A DNA stretch of 64,000 nt, from NCBI GenBank assembly GCA_022452285.1, contig JAKUNG010000015.1:8482-72481 (forward strand), in the 5' to 3' direction. A model generated the notes under the pieces. The model was given only the letters and a program-made list of their open reading frames with translations. It was not told where the DNA came from and did not search any database. The translations under genes and the position numbers were made by a program. Positions 20,011-29,758 of this stretch are shown here, piece by piece. The first letter of the stretch is position 1. The number at the start of each line of letters is the position of its first letter. The stretch is from Terriglobia bacterium (GTDB taxonomy: Bacteria > Acidobacteriota > Terriglobia > Versatilivoradales > Versatilivoraceae).

Positions 20011-22758
20011 CTAACGAATACCCTCAAATTTCTTTTTCAATACCTCGATCTTTTCTGAAAATGAAAGATTGGAAATATCAGGTGTGTAATCAACTTCAGG
20101 CATGACATAACGAACAGACTTCTTTAAGGGCTTTCTACGACCCATTTTGGATTTCTTTTTTTTCTCACTAGAAAACACATTTTTTGACACCAATTGATTA
20201 TCTGGCCGGATTTTTGTCTTATTAATCTCAATAGGTTTTTCTTTTTTTGAAGAAAGTAATTTTGAAGGTTTTAAAATAGATTCTTTAAATCGTGGCTTTT
20301 TATTTATTTCTCTTCTTTTAGCTCGAGCTCTCTGCTGAACAGCTTTAAGAGATAATGAAATCCTCTTCGTTTTTCGATCTATACCAAGAACTTTGACTTT
20401 AACTAATTTTCCAATATGAACAACTTCAGTGGGATGAGTCAAGAATTGACTAGATAATTCAGAAATATGAAGCAGTGCATCCTGCTGTAACCCAAGGTCT
20501 ACAAAAGCTCCAAAAGCAGTAACACTAGTTATGATACCCTCCAAAACTGTTCCCTCAGTTAAATCACTAACAGAGGTTAGTTCGGGACGAAAATTGGGTA
20601 AAACAAATTTCGTTCTAGGATCAGTTCCAGCTGTAATTAATCCTAATTTAATCGCCTTTAGAGAAGAGATTCCACAATTGTTGTCAGAAAAATCCACAAG
20701 CTTTATCTCATTCAATTTACTTCTATTACCAAGAATCTCATTGAGGTCAAGCTTAAGAGACTCAGCTATTTTTTGTACAATTCCGTAGGATTCAGGATGT
20801 ACCTTAGTTTTATCTAGTGGGCAGGGTCCGTTTTGAATAATTAAGAACCCAGAAGCCTGCTGAAAAATACTTTTAGTAAACCCCGGTACTGACATAAGTT
20901 GATTACGATCTGTAAAGGGCCCATTCATGGTCCGGAAATTTACCAGATTGTCTGCTAAAACGTTATTTAACCCAGAAACATATTGCAGCATTTGTGGAGA
21001 TGCGTGATTGGCGTTAACTCCAAGAAAATTAACACAGGATCTAAAAGTTGTTTCAAGGGCATAGTTTAATTTGCTCTGATCAAGGCTACTTTGATTTTCA
21101 CTAAGATTAATATCTTTAAGTGGAATCTTCACTAGTTCAGCTAGTGGATCTTGCAAGCGTCGCCCAATAAATACCGCCTCCCTTGTTCGAAGATCTAATT
21201 TGGTAAACTCTATTCTAGCTTCTTTTGACCTTGAATAAGCTTTGGAACCAACCTTATTAACTATCAGAGACAAGATTCTTTTTCTTATTGTTTTAGACTT
21301 TCCCTGCTTCATTTTGTCTAGCAAAACGGCTGGTAAAGTCCCAATTTTTGAGTCTTTATTCTCTCCATTTTGGTTATCGCTCTTTATCTTCCCAGTTTCA
21401 GAACTTGATTCAATGCCAGAAATAATATCGTTTCCATTTTGAGTTGGGGGAAGATCTGAAGTTTCAGACCCACCTTTTACCAGGTCTCTTACATTATCGA
21501 TGGATTTTTTACCAGCATCTTTTTGTTCCAAGTGATCAAAAGAGAGATCGGAATGATACTTTTTAAAGAAATGTTTAACAAACCGATCGGCTTCCCTAGC
21601 TCCTACTCCGCTTGCTATCCCTATAACTCTCACTTGATATTTCTGAATCAGGGAGAATAATTTCAATTCTTCTACCTTTAGCTGGCTTTTGGAAGAATTT
21701 AGATTGGTGGAGAAATGCTCTAGATAAGTTCCATCCTTGTTAATGACTACAACTCTACAATCTTTTTTCTGGGATGGTTCTATTCCAATAATAGGAACAT
21801 CTAATACCCGAGGAGACAACAGAAGGTTACTCAAGTTAGATTGTACAATTCTTAATTCTGCGGTGTCAGATCTTTCTTTTAAAAGATCATGAACCTCTTT
21901 TTGAATACTAGATTTTAAAAGAGTTTGGTAAGAAATTCGTATTGCTTTATCTAGGTAAACACATAACTCTGATTTTTCATTTTTAACTAAATGCTTTCTG
22001 AGCTTCCCAAAAACTATTTCATCTTCCACCTCAAATTTAATCTGTAATATTTTTTCTTTTTCTGCCTTAAAAATAGATGCAAGACGACTGAGAGAAATCT
22101 TGTTTATAGGTTGAGAAAACTCACTGAGGTCATTATCCTTTTTTCTTTGAGTAGATTTATTTTGGGATAGATTAGTAAATATTGATCCTTCAAGAAGGGT
22201 TGTTTGCCGAACAATTCTACGAATGCTAGGATTTTCTGAAATTAATTTAGCTAGAACACTAAGAATTTCTTCGATTACTTGTTCTGCGTTTAATGAAGAA
22301 TCTTGTTCTTGAAGCATTTTTTGAAATTCATTTTCAGAAGAATCATTCTCCAACACCTGTTTCAAAATATATTTTGCTAACGGTAAGAGCTCTATATCCC
22401 GCTTGGAATTCGTTAGTGAAGCACCATTAGGTTTAAAAGGAAAATAGAGATCCTCTAATTTTGCTTTGTCATGACAGGAGAGAATATCAGATTTCAAGGA
22501 ATCAGTTAGTTTGTCTGAATCTTTAATTCTGGATAGGATTAGGTCCTTTCTTTTTGATAGAGCTTTGTGATCTCGATAACTAGTTGCCACCCTTTGGATC
22601 TTTGTCACAGCTAGGTTGTCTGTTAGGTCCTTTCTGTAATAATTTATGAAAGGAACAGAATTATCGTCCTCTAAAAGTTGTATTACAGCAAGAACCTGCT
22701 TAACTGGGATTTTAGATTCTTTTGCGATTTTTTTTAAAACAAGACTATTCAAACTCAT
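20011..22758 (-). CDS. tex: Tex-like transcription accessory protein (HTH, YqgF, HhH, S1) with an internal insert and a long basic tail
   Basis: 915 aa. The N-terminus (VLAVIQLLEDDNSVPFINYYRKD) matches the Tex N-terminus. The S1 domain reads GTVLEGIITSVTAFGAFVDLG...LLHISEL. A Lys-rich tail of about 130 aa follows. Confidence 0.88.
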   Translation of the reverse strand: MSLNSLVLKKIAKESKIPVKQVLAVIQLLEDDNSVPFINYYRKDLTDNLAVTKIQRVATSYRDHKALSKRKDLILSRIKDSDKLTDSLKSDILSCHDKAKLEDLYFPFKPNGASLTNSKRDIELLPLAKYILKQVLENDSSENEFQKMLQEQDSSLNAEQVIEEILSVLAKLISENPSIRRIVRQTTLLEGSIFTNLSQNKSTQRKKDNDLSEFSQPINKISLSRLASIFKAEKEKILQIKFEVEDEIVFGKLRKHLVKNEKSELCVYLDKAIRISYQTLLKSSIQKEVHDLLKERSDTAELRIVQSNLSNLLLSPRVLDVPIIGIEPSQKKDCRVVVINKDGTYLEHFSTNLNSSKSQLKVEELKLFSLIQKYQVRVIGIASGVGAREADRFVKHFFKKYHSDLSFDHLEQKDAGKKSIDNVRDLVKGGSETSDLPPTQNGNDIISGIESSSETGKIKSDNQNGENKDSKIGTLPAVLLDKMKQGKSKTIRKRILSLIVNKVGSKAYSRSKEARIEFTKLDLRTREAVFIGRRLQDPLAELVKIPLKDINLSENQSSLDQSKLNYALETTFRSCVNFLGVNANHASPQMLQYVSGLNNVLADNLVNFRTMNGPFTDRNQLMSVPGFTKSIFQQASGFLIIQNGPCPLDKTKVHPESYGIVQKIAESLKLDLNEILGNRSKLNEIKLVDFSDNNCGISSLKAIKLGLITAGTDPRTKFVLPNFRPELTSVSDLTEGTVLEGIITSVTAFGAFVDLGLQQDALLHISELSSQFLTHPTEVVHIGKLVKVKVLGIDRKTKRISLSLKAVQQRARAKRREINKKPRFKESILKPSKLLSSKKEKPIEINKTKIRPDNQLVSKNVFSSEKKKKSKMGRRKPLKKSVRYVMPEVDYTPDISNLSFSEKIEVLKKKFEGIR

Positions 22759-22899
22759 TCCTTAATTTTTATATGTGAGGGCACAGTATTATAGCAGAAC
22801 AAATGGTTGGGAAAGTCTCCTTGTTAGTTTTTCTAAGAAATTTTCAATTTAAGAACGCATTCCTTGATAAAAAAATCTCCACCAAACCTACACAAAAAG

Positions 22900-24177
22900 T
22901 CAACCAAAATGTTTTAAAAACAAATCGACTACCAGATTCGAAGCCAAATCCAGTCCCTTTGATAATGTTTTAGGATTACAGCCACCTGCCTGAACAAACG
23001 TTTTACTCCCACCACCCTTTCCTCCTATAATCTGGAAACATCCATCGAGTATAAATTGAAAGTTTATAAAAGAGGGTCCTGAAAAAACAATTTGGGAGTT
23101 TTTTGACTCACAGGCAAGTAAAACTATAGTGAATTTTTCTTTTTTCATAATTTCTTGCGCTATTTCTTTAAGTGAGCAGGTTTCGTTACTAAAAAGATGC
23201 ATTACCACCTTTGTTTTTCTAAGTAATTCTTCAAAATGCTCTTTATTATTTAACCTATCACGTTCACCTGGTTGAAAATCAATAATCGTTTCTAACAGGA
23301 ATGCCTCGTTACATAATTTTCTAGCTACATCGTTCGCGTGATGAAGATTCATTGTGTGAAGCTGCTTTCGCAGTTGTTTTAGTTCATCTATTTGAATTTC
23401 AATACGTTTAGGCGCTTCCTCTGGCGAAATACATAACTGCCCAGCAATGCTTTCTAAAAAGCTCAAGTCATTTCTATAGGATTCAATAATTCGTTGACCA
23501 CACAAAAACTCAATTCGAACTCCTCGACTAATCTTCTCAATATTCTTGACAAAAATTCCTCCAATTTCAGCTGTATTCTTAACATGGGTGCCACCACAGG
23601 GAGAGAGATCAAACTCTTTAATTTCGATAACTCTAATTGGGCCGCTCCGATCTGTTTTCTTTCGTAAATCTAGACTAAGAATATCTTCTTGTTCTATTAT
23701 TCTCATATCAACCGAGCGATTTTCATAAACTATGCAATTAGCCAAATGTTCGACTTTTTCAAGATCAGGGTCAGACACGCTAGCAATATCAAGATCAATG
23801 GTTGAATAATCACTACTTAGGTGGAACCCAATAGTAGTAGCACCAGTTACTTTAAGAAATGCTTGTGAAAGTATGTGTTGACCAGAATGTTGCTGCATAT
23901 GATCAAACCGAGTTGACCAATTGATAACACAATCGATGTTGGCTTCTTTGATATCTTTTTTAAGTAGATGAAGTATTTGACCATTATGAAGATCAACTAT
24001 ATTAACAATGGGGACTTCATTAACTGTACCTTGATCATGTGGTTGACCTCCTGAAGTAGGATAAAATGCAGTTTTATCAAATACCAGACCAAAATAATCA
24101 TTATCTTTCTGTTTTTTAATAACCTTTGCAGAAAAATTAGTGAGATAGCTGTCGTGATAATAAATTCTTTCTGTCAT
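22900..24177 (-). CDS. alaX: Alanyl-tRNA editing protein (AlaX-L type)
   Basis: 425 aa. It has the editing-domain Zn motifs HSGQHILS (HxxxH) and CGGTHV. A C-terminal GGKGGG region resembles the AlaRS C-terminal domain. Confidence 0.85.
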   Translation of the reverse strand: MTERIYYHDSYLTNFSAKVIKKQKDNDYFGLVFDKTAFYPTSGGQPHDQGTVNEVPIVNIVDLHNGQILHLLKKDIKEANIDCVINWSTRFDHMQQHSGQHILSQAFLKVTGATTIGFHLSSDYSTIDLDIASVSDPDLEKVEHLANCIVYENRSVDMRIIEQEDILSLDLRKKTDRSGPIRVIEIKEFDLSPCGGTHVKNTAEIGGIFVKNIEKISRGVRIEFLCGQRIIESYRNDLSFLESIAGQLCISPEEAPKRIEIQIDELKQLRKQLHTMNLHHANDVARKLCNEAFLLETIIDFQPGERDRLNNKEHFEELLRKTKVVMHLFSNETCSLKEIAQEIMKKEKFTIVLLACESKNSQIVFSGPSFINFQFILDGCFQIIGGKGGGSKTFVQAGGCNPKTLSKGLDLASNLVVDLFLKHFG

Positions 24178-24214
24178 AACCCTTGCAAAAAACTTGAAAC
24201 CTCTTAGAAAAGGT

Positions 24215-25399
24215 CTAAGAAAATTCTCCCTTATTATTAAATAAATGAAGATACTTTAGTCCAGATCCAGTATTAAATAAGACTACTTCATCTTCGGGCT
24301 TTATAAATTTTGAATCAACTAGTTTCTTAAAAGCAGTTAAGGTAGCGCCACCTTCAGGGCAAACAAATAAGCCCTCTAATTCCATAATAATTTGAGCATC
24401 CCTCATCATTTCATCGTCACTTACCCCAATGGCAGTTCCATTGCTATCTTTTAAGATTTTTAACATTATAAAATCACCGATAGCCTGTGGGACTCTCAAA
24501 CCAGCTGCGCAAGTACTCGCCTGCTCCCATATGAGACTCTGGGATAAGTTTCTCTTAAAAGCATCGACTATTGGAGAACAACCTTCAGCCTGAACGCTAA
24601 CCATTCTAGGAAGTTTAGGGCCTATCCAGCCAAGATTTTGCATTTCTAAAAAGGCTTTCCACATACCAATCAGTCCTGTACCACCTCCTGTAGGGTAAAT
24701 AATAACGTCAGGTAATCTCCACCCTAGTTGCTCCGCCAGTTCAAAACCTAGTGTTTTTTTCCCTTCAATTCTATAAGGCTCTTTTAGTGTAGACAAATCG
24801 AACCACTGCTCCTTCTTTGCATTTTCGCCAACCATGCGGCCACAATCATTAATTAAACCATCAATCAAGGTAACCTTGGCACCCAATTTCTCGCATTCAA
24901 TCCTATTTGCTGGAGGAACATCACGTGGCAAAAATATGTGAGCCTCTAAACCAGCACGAGCAGCATAGGCGGCTAGGGCTCCTCCAGCATTTCCTGCAGA
25001 TGGAATTGCCAATTTTTTCGCCCCTAATAATTTAGCCATAGTTACAGCAAGTGATAGGCCTCTTGCCTTAAAAGAACCTGTTGGATTGGAACTCTCATCT
25101 TTGATCCAAACTCGACCTTGATCTAATAAACTAGCGACATTTTTTGATTCGATTAAGGGAGTGAGACCCTCACCCAAACTTACTATTTCATCCATATTAT
25201 TTATTGGCAAAACCTGATTATATCTCCACATTGAATTAGAACTTTTGTTCAAACTTCTTAAGATAGGTTGATTCTTTGATTCACTGAAGGTGTATTTAGC
25301 AAGCAAGGGCTTCCCACAGTGACATAGGTTTATAAGAACATCGTTAGGATAAGTTGATGAACAAGAGCTACACTGAAGATGGCTGAAATAGGGATTCAC
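24215..25399 (-). CDS. thrC: Threonine synthase (short form with an N-terminal zinc ribbon)
   Basis: 394 aa. It has the PLP-Lys motif NPTGSFKARGLS, the GNAGGALAAYA region and an N-terminal CSSC...CHC ribbon. Confidence 0.88.
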   Translation of the reverse strand: MNPYFSHLQCSSCSSTYPNDVLINLCHCGKPLLAKYTFSESKNQPILRSLNKSSNSMWRYNQVLPINNMDEIVSLGEGLTPLIESKNVASLLDQGRVWIKDESSNPTGSFKARGLSLAVTMAKLLGAKKLAIPSAGNAGGALAAYAARAGLEAHIFLPRDVPPANRIECEKLGAKVTLIDGLINDCGRMVGENAKKEQWFDLSTLKEPYRIEGKKTLGFELAEQLGWRLPDVIIYPTGGGTGLIGMWKAFLEMQNLGWIGPKLPRMVSVQAEGCSPIVDAFKRNLSQSLIWEQASTCAAGLRVPQAIGDFIMLKILKDSNGTAIGVSDDEMMRDAQIIMELEGLFVCPEGGATLTAFKKLVDSKFIKPEDEVVLFNTGSGLKYLHLFNNKGEFS

Positions 25400-25696
25400 G
25401 CTGTGGTGTTATGTTGGAAAGACTAACAGCTACTAAAACCATAAATATTATAACCTAAAATATTATTTAAAATGCAATATCGTTTTCAAATAATAAAGGT
25501 TAGGGGTGTTGAACCAATTCTTTGGGGCCTAAGTTTTGGCTCTTTCACGGAAAATAACCTAAAAAAAAATATATAGCCTGCATATAGTATTGACCTTATT
25601 AGAAATTGTCTTAATAATATTTAAGGAATTAGATTTAAGATTTGGAAAAGGAATTTTCAAATTTCCTAACAGTAGTCTTGGAGAGCTGACTGAATA

Positions 25697-26743
25697 ATGG
25701 GACAAAAGACCGTAATCGCAACATTACTAGTTTTTAGTTTAACAATTTTTAATCTTAATACCAAAGCAGGTCAGGCTTCTAAACCTCCTCAAGCTAAATC
25801 AAAAGCTGAATATGATGCATATTATGAAATGTATTCAGAAAAGGATATGGGTAAGAAGGCCAGATTATCTGACAGATTCTTGAGAAGTTTTCCAAACTCG
25901 GAATATAGCTTTTCTGCAGGTATGATAGGACTCCGGGCAAACAGAGCACTTGGCAGACATAATGAGATTGTTAGGATAGGAGAGAAAATATTAACTGATC
26001 TTCCTCAAACTAAGATTAAGTCAAAAATTGGGATATTAACCCAAATGATCAATAGCTATCAGCAATTAAACAATATTAAGAAAACTGTCGCCATCTCTGA
26101 TCGTCTACTTAGACTTGATCCCAAACATTTGCCAACCCTCCTTAGGCTCTCTTCTGTCTTGCCACTTGTATTGCCTGATACCCCAGAGGAGCAAACTTCT
26201 CAACTGAAACGGGCTTTAGATATTACTTTTCGAGCAAAAGAACAGGTTAATATCTACTTAAATCGCCCAAAACCTCCTAAAGTTTCTGATTCTCAATGGG
26301 AAAAGAGTCGGGTTAATTTATTATCACAAATTCATACAGCTCTAGGTGCAATTTATTTTTACCAGAAAGACTTTAGGTTGTCAGTGCTGGAATATCAACG
26401 GGCCACTGAATTAGTAAAAACAGATGGAACCTCATTTTATAAAATGGGAAACTCCTATCTTTACCAAGCTGAAGCTATCAGTGAAGAAATCACTCAAGTT
26501 GCACAAAGTAACCCTTCTGATGCATCAGTAGGAAATGAAAAGCTCAGCCAATACAAGATTTTAAGAGATAATGCCATTGAAAGTTTTGCAAAGGTAATAG
26601 CACTGAAAAACTACGTTCCTACAGAAATTTTGGAAGCAGCGAAGACTAATATAGAGCGACTTTATCTTCATAAAAACAATAATTCACTAGTTGGGTTAGA
26701 GGCCTTAATTCTAGAAGTAGGTCAGACTCTAAATAGCAACTAA
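25697..26743 (+). CDS. Secreted TPR-like repeat protein (hypothetical)
   Basis: 348 aa with a signal peptide. The sequence is helical-repeat-like (YYEMY..., YFYQKDF.L.V.EYQRA), consistent with TPR-like repeats. Confidence 0.65.
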   Translation: MGQKTVIATLLVFSLTIFNLNTKAGQASKPPQAKSKAEYDAYYEMYSEKDMGKKARLSDRFLRSFPNSEYSFSAGMIGLRANRALGRHNEIVRIGEKILTDLPQTKIKSKIGILTQMINSYQQLNNIKKTVAISDRLLRLDPKHLPTLLRLSSVLPLVLPDTPEEQTSQLKRALDITFRAKEQVNIYLNRPKPPKVSDSQWEKSRVNLLSQIHTALGAIYFYQKDFRLSVLEYQRATELVKTDGTSFYKMGNSYLYQAEAISEEITQVAQSNPSDASVGNEKLSQYKILRDNAIESFAKVIALKNYVPTEILEAAKTNIERLYLHKNNNSLVGLEALILEVGQTLNSN

Positions 26744-26787
26744 GCTATTTAACCTGAATATTTTAAGGCAGTTTATTTCATGGAGAC

Positions 26788-27360
26788 TCAAAGAGTTTTC
26801 AAGATTGTTTTCTTATCAAGAGGCAAATCAGCTTTTAGTCTTATCGAATAAAGCTCTCGCGGATCTTCGGAGTGAGTAATTGAATAATTATTATTGATAA
26901 AAAGCACTTCACACACGTCTTTAAACTTTGGATCTATTTCCTGATGGAATTTTTCTTGGTTTGAAACATAAATCCTATCATTAACAAGAATTTCAATTTC
27001 TTGACATTCAAAATTTATTTTACCAGTCAAACGTCCATCCTTTTCTATCTTTTCACAAGCAGCCAATGCCCCCCGCACAGATTGCCTAAATCTTTCTTCA
27101 TCAGTTCCTTCTGTCGTAATTTTCCTGTTATAACATAGGATAGTCGCTCCATAATTTTCAGCTATACTAATATTAGTCTCATGACCGATTAAAATAATTC
27201 CTGGACCATCGGGAACGTGCCTATAATCAGCAACATCAATCAAAAGTTCCCCAGAATTCTGTTCACTAATCCAATCATGGAAAATTGGAATCAATGGTTC
27301 TAGGTCAGTTTCCAATGATTCATTAAATATTAACTTGACGTTGATATGTTGTAGTTCCAT
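26788..27360 (-). CDS. Conserved-looking hypothetical protein downstream of sulfite reductase
   Basis: I prefer the ATG at 27360 (190 aa), 10 nt after the sulfite-reductase stop. The ORF-track version (to 27453) uses TTG and overlaps the upstream gene by 83 nt. I recognise no domain. Confidence 0.6.
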   Translation of the reverse strand: MELQHINVKLIFNESLETDLEPLIPIFHDWISEQNSGELLIDVADYRHVPDGPGIILIGHETNISIAENYGATILCYNRKITTEGTDEERFRQSVRGALAACEKIEKDGRLTGKINFECQEIEILVNDRIYVSNQEKFHQEIDPKFKDVCEVLFINNNYSITHSEDPRELYSIRLKADLPLDKKTILKTL

Positions 27361-27370
27361 TAAACAGTTT

Positions 27371-29635
27371 CTAGTTTTTACTTTCAGAAGGTAGATTCCC
27401 AATCCGGTTATAACAACTATGAGAAGCCTCAATGAATAATTGAGCTTCTTCAATCAAACGTCTAGAGGAATCGAATGTATGAGAATGCTCTTTAGTTCGA
27501 TGAGCTGCAAAAAGATAATTAGCGAATTTTCCGCCTGCAAAGGGGTCAAAAATCTTCTCTGTATCATAAAATCTGGTTCTGAACTGATTTAAGATCTCCT
27601 CTGAATCATCTCCGATGTTAGTTTCTTCAAGATGAACAAGACCTTTTGCAGCTGTTAGCATAGCCTCGTATGCTTTTCTGCCAGCATCTTGGAACCCTCC
27701 CTTTTCAGCCAGCACTTGTGCCTCAAAAACTTCACGTTCCGCTGCGGCAAGATCAAATTCTACTGCAGTAACAACTTCACCAGCACACTCCCCTACTCCG
27801 AGGTCAGCTAGGGTGTATTCTCTAGGGTCACCCCAATCACTGTAATACGAACTATTTTCATCATGAGAAGGAACCTTTATTAAATCTTCAAGGATATTTC
27901 TTATTTTTGCTTTTCCACACCTTTTGACGAATTCCTGAAAGCTTTCTCCTTTTATAGAATTTTCCACATAATATTCCGCCAATCGTAATACCACCTTGGG
28001 AATATTCTTAGAAGGGATCGCAACCATTGGAAGCCCAAAGGATGCTGCATTACCTTCCCAATTGCCACCAAGAACCACCTGAAAGTGTGGAACAGCATAT
28101 CCATTAATTTTTCGACTTACTCCATAAAACCCCATATCTCCAACATGATGTTGCCCACAACTATTAAAACAACCGCTAATTTTAATGTGCAAATTCTTGA
28201 TAGCCTCCTCGAGTTCTAAGCTTTTTTCGTCTAGGTTCTTTTTTAAGATTGCAGCTAATCCTCTAGATGAGGATATCCCGAGTTTGCAAGTGTCAGTACC
28301 GGGACAAGCGACAATATCCACAATGTTGCTTGCACCTGCTTGTCCAAGTTTTATAGCATCTAGTTCTTTATATAAATCATATAGATCAGAGTCGCTAACC
28401 CACCGAATAACAAAATTTTGTTCCACGGTAGTTCGAATTGTTTCACGAGTATATTTCCTTACGACATCAGCTAATCCTCTTAGTTGATCTGCACTTATAT
28501 CACCTAAAGGAAGGTTAATAGTAACTGCTGAATAACCGCCCTGTTTTTGCTGACGAACATTTGTTTTTAGCCATTCTAAAAATAATGGAGATGTATGTTT
28601 CGGAAGAACTCCTGGCTTCCTCAACCCTTCTTCATAGTTATCTAACTCTGCTTTTATGTAATCTGTCCATCGAGAATCAAATGGCAGGGTTTTCCTCTCC
28701 TCTTCGACTAGTACTTTAAACTTTTCGATACCTAAATCCTGCACTAAAAACTTTATGCGTGCTCTATTCCGATTTTTTTTCTCACCCAATCTAGCAAAGA
28801 CCCTTGCAATCGCCTGGGTGATAGGCAAAAGTTCCTGAGCTGGAAGGAAACTGCTAAATAACTTAGCTTTATGGGGAACAGCACCCAAACCGCCCCCGAC
28901 ATAAAATTCAAACCCTCGAATAACCCTGCCATCTACTGTTTTAGTAGTAGCTATGCCGCCAATATCATGCATGCTGATTAAACCACATGAATGTTGTGGA
29001 CAACCGCTAAAAGATGGTTTGAATTTTCTTCCAAAATTTTGACAGTCAGGATGACCCAAAAGAAATTTTGATAGAGCTTTAGCATAGGGTGTAACATCAA
29101 ATACTTCCTCAGCACAAATGCCAGAAAAAGGACAAGCCGTAACATTTCGTACCGAATTTCCACAAGCTTCTCGAGTAGTAATACCAACTGAAGCGAGGCG
29201 ACGCATTAGAGAAGGTGTATCGTCTATATGAATATAATGTAGCTGGAAATCTTGCCTAGTTGTAATGTGAGCAATTCCATCTGAATATTCCTCAGCTAGT
29301 TCCGCCATTGCTTCTAACTGTCCTGCATTTAAGCCCCCGAAGGGAATCTTGATTCGTTGCATACCAGGCGCATCCCAAACAGTATTTGGACCTTTGGTCT
29401 CCTTGTCCTTTGAATACTGCAAGGTTCTATTTCCTCTACCATCATGCCTCTGACCATTATCATAACGTTGCCCGTATGCCCCCCGTCGCAGTCTCGTCTC
29501 AGCAAAAAGTTTTTCCTCAATCTTTCCTCTTTGCCTCAGTCCTATTTCGGTCTCAAAGATATCAATTTCCCGTCCTAAGTCACTAGGAAGTTTTCCTGAA
29601 AGCTGTTTCTTCCAGAGGCGATTAGAGGCTTTCAT
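27371..29635 (-). CDS. Ferredoxin-type sulfite (or nitrite) reductase hemoprotein with a C-terminal extension of about 170 aa
   Basis: 754 aa. The siroheme/4Fe-4S Cys cluster is present: ACPGTDTCKLG and SGCFNSCGQHH. The duplicated NiR/SiR repeat architecture is visible. Residues from about 585 to the end are an extra helical region. Confidence 0.88.
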   Translation of the reverse strand: MKASNRLWKKQLSGKLPSDLGREIDIFETEIGLRQRGKIEEKLFAETRLRRGAYGQRYDNGQRHDGRGNRTLQYSKDKETKGPNTVWDAPGMQRIKIPFGGLNAGQLEAMAELAEEYSDGIAHITTRQDFQLHYIHIDDTPSLMRRLASVGITTREACGNSVRNVTACPFSGICAEEVFDVTPYAKALSKFLLGHPDCQNFGRKFKPSFSGCPQHSCGLISMHDIGGIATTKTVDGRVIRGFEFYVGGGLGAVPHKAKLFSSFLPAQELLPITQAIARVFARLGEKKNRNRARIKFLVQDLGIEKFKVLVEEERKTLPFDSRWTDYIKAELDNYEEGLRKPGVLPKHTSPLFLEWLKTNVRQQKQGGYSAVTINLPLGDISADQLRGLADVVRKYTRETIRTTVEQNFVIRWVSDSDLYDLYKELDAIKLGQAGASNIVDIVACPGTDTCKLGISSSRGLAAILKKNLDEKSLELEEAIKNLHIKISGCFNSCGQHHVGDMGFYGVSRKINGYAVPHFQVVLGGNWEGNAASFGLPMVAIPSKNIPKVVLRLAEYYVENSIKGESFQEFVKRCGKAKIRNILEDLIKVPSHDENSSYYSDWGDPREYTLADLGVGECAGEVVTAVEFDLAAAEREVFEAQVLAEKGGFQDAGRKAYEAMLTAAKGLVHLEETNIGDDSEEILNQFRTRFYDTEKIFDPFAGGKFANYLFAAHRTKEHSHTFDSSRRLIEEAQLFIEASHSCYNRIGNLPSESKN

Positions 29636-29758
29636 TTGTTTAGCTCCAAAAGGGTGATGTTCACTAAAATGTTCTAAAATTAATAAAACTTTTCCTTATG
29701 AACAACTTTTATCAAAAGGCTTCCTATTAATATGACAGAAAATGTTAAACTTTTCCTT

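Noticed and set aside
25649-25667. Imperfect palindrome AGGAATTTTCAAATTTCCT upstream of the TPR gene as an operator
   Set aside because: It pairs at 8 of 9 positions, but it is short and AT-rich, so it is easily produced by chance. There is no second copy.
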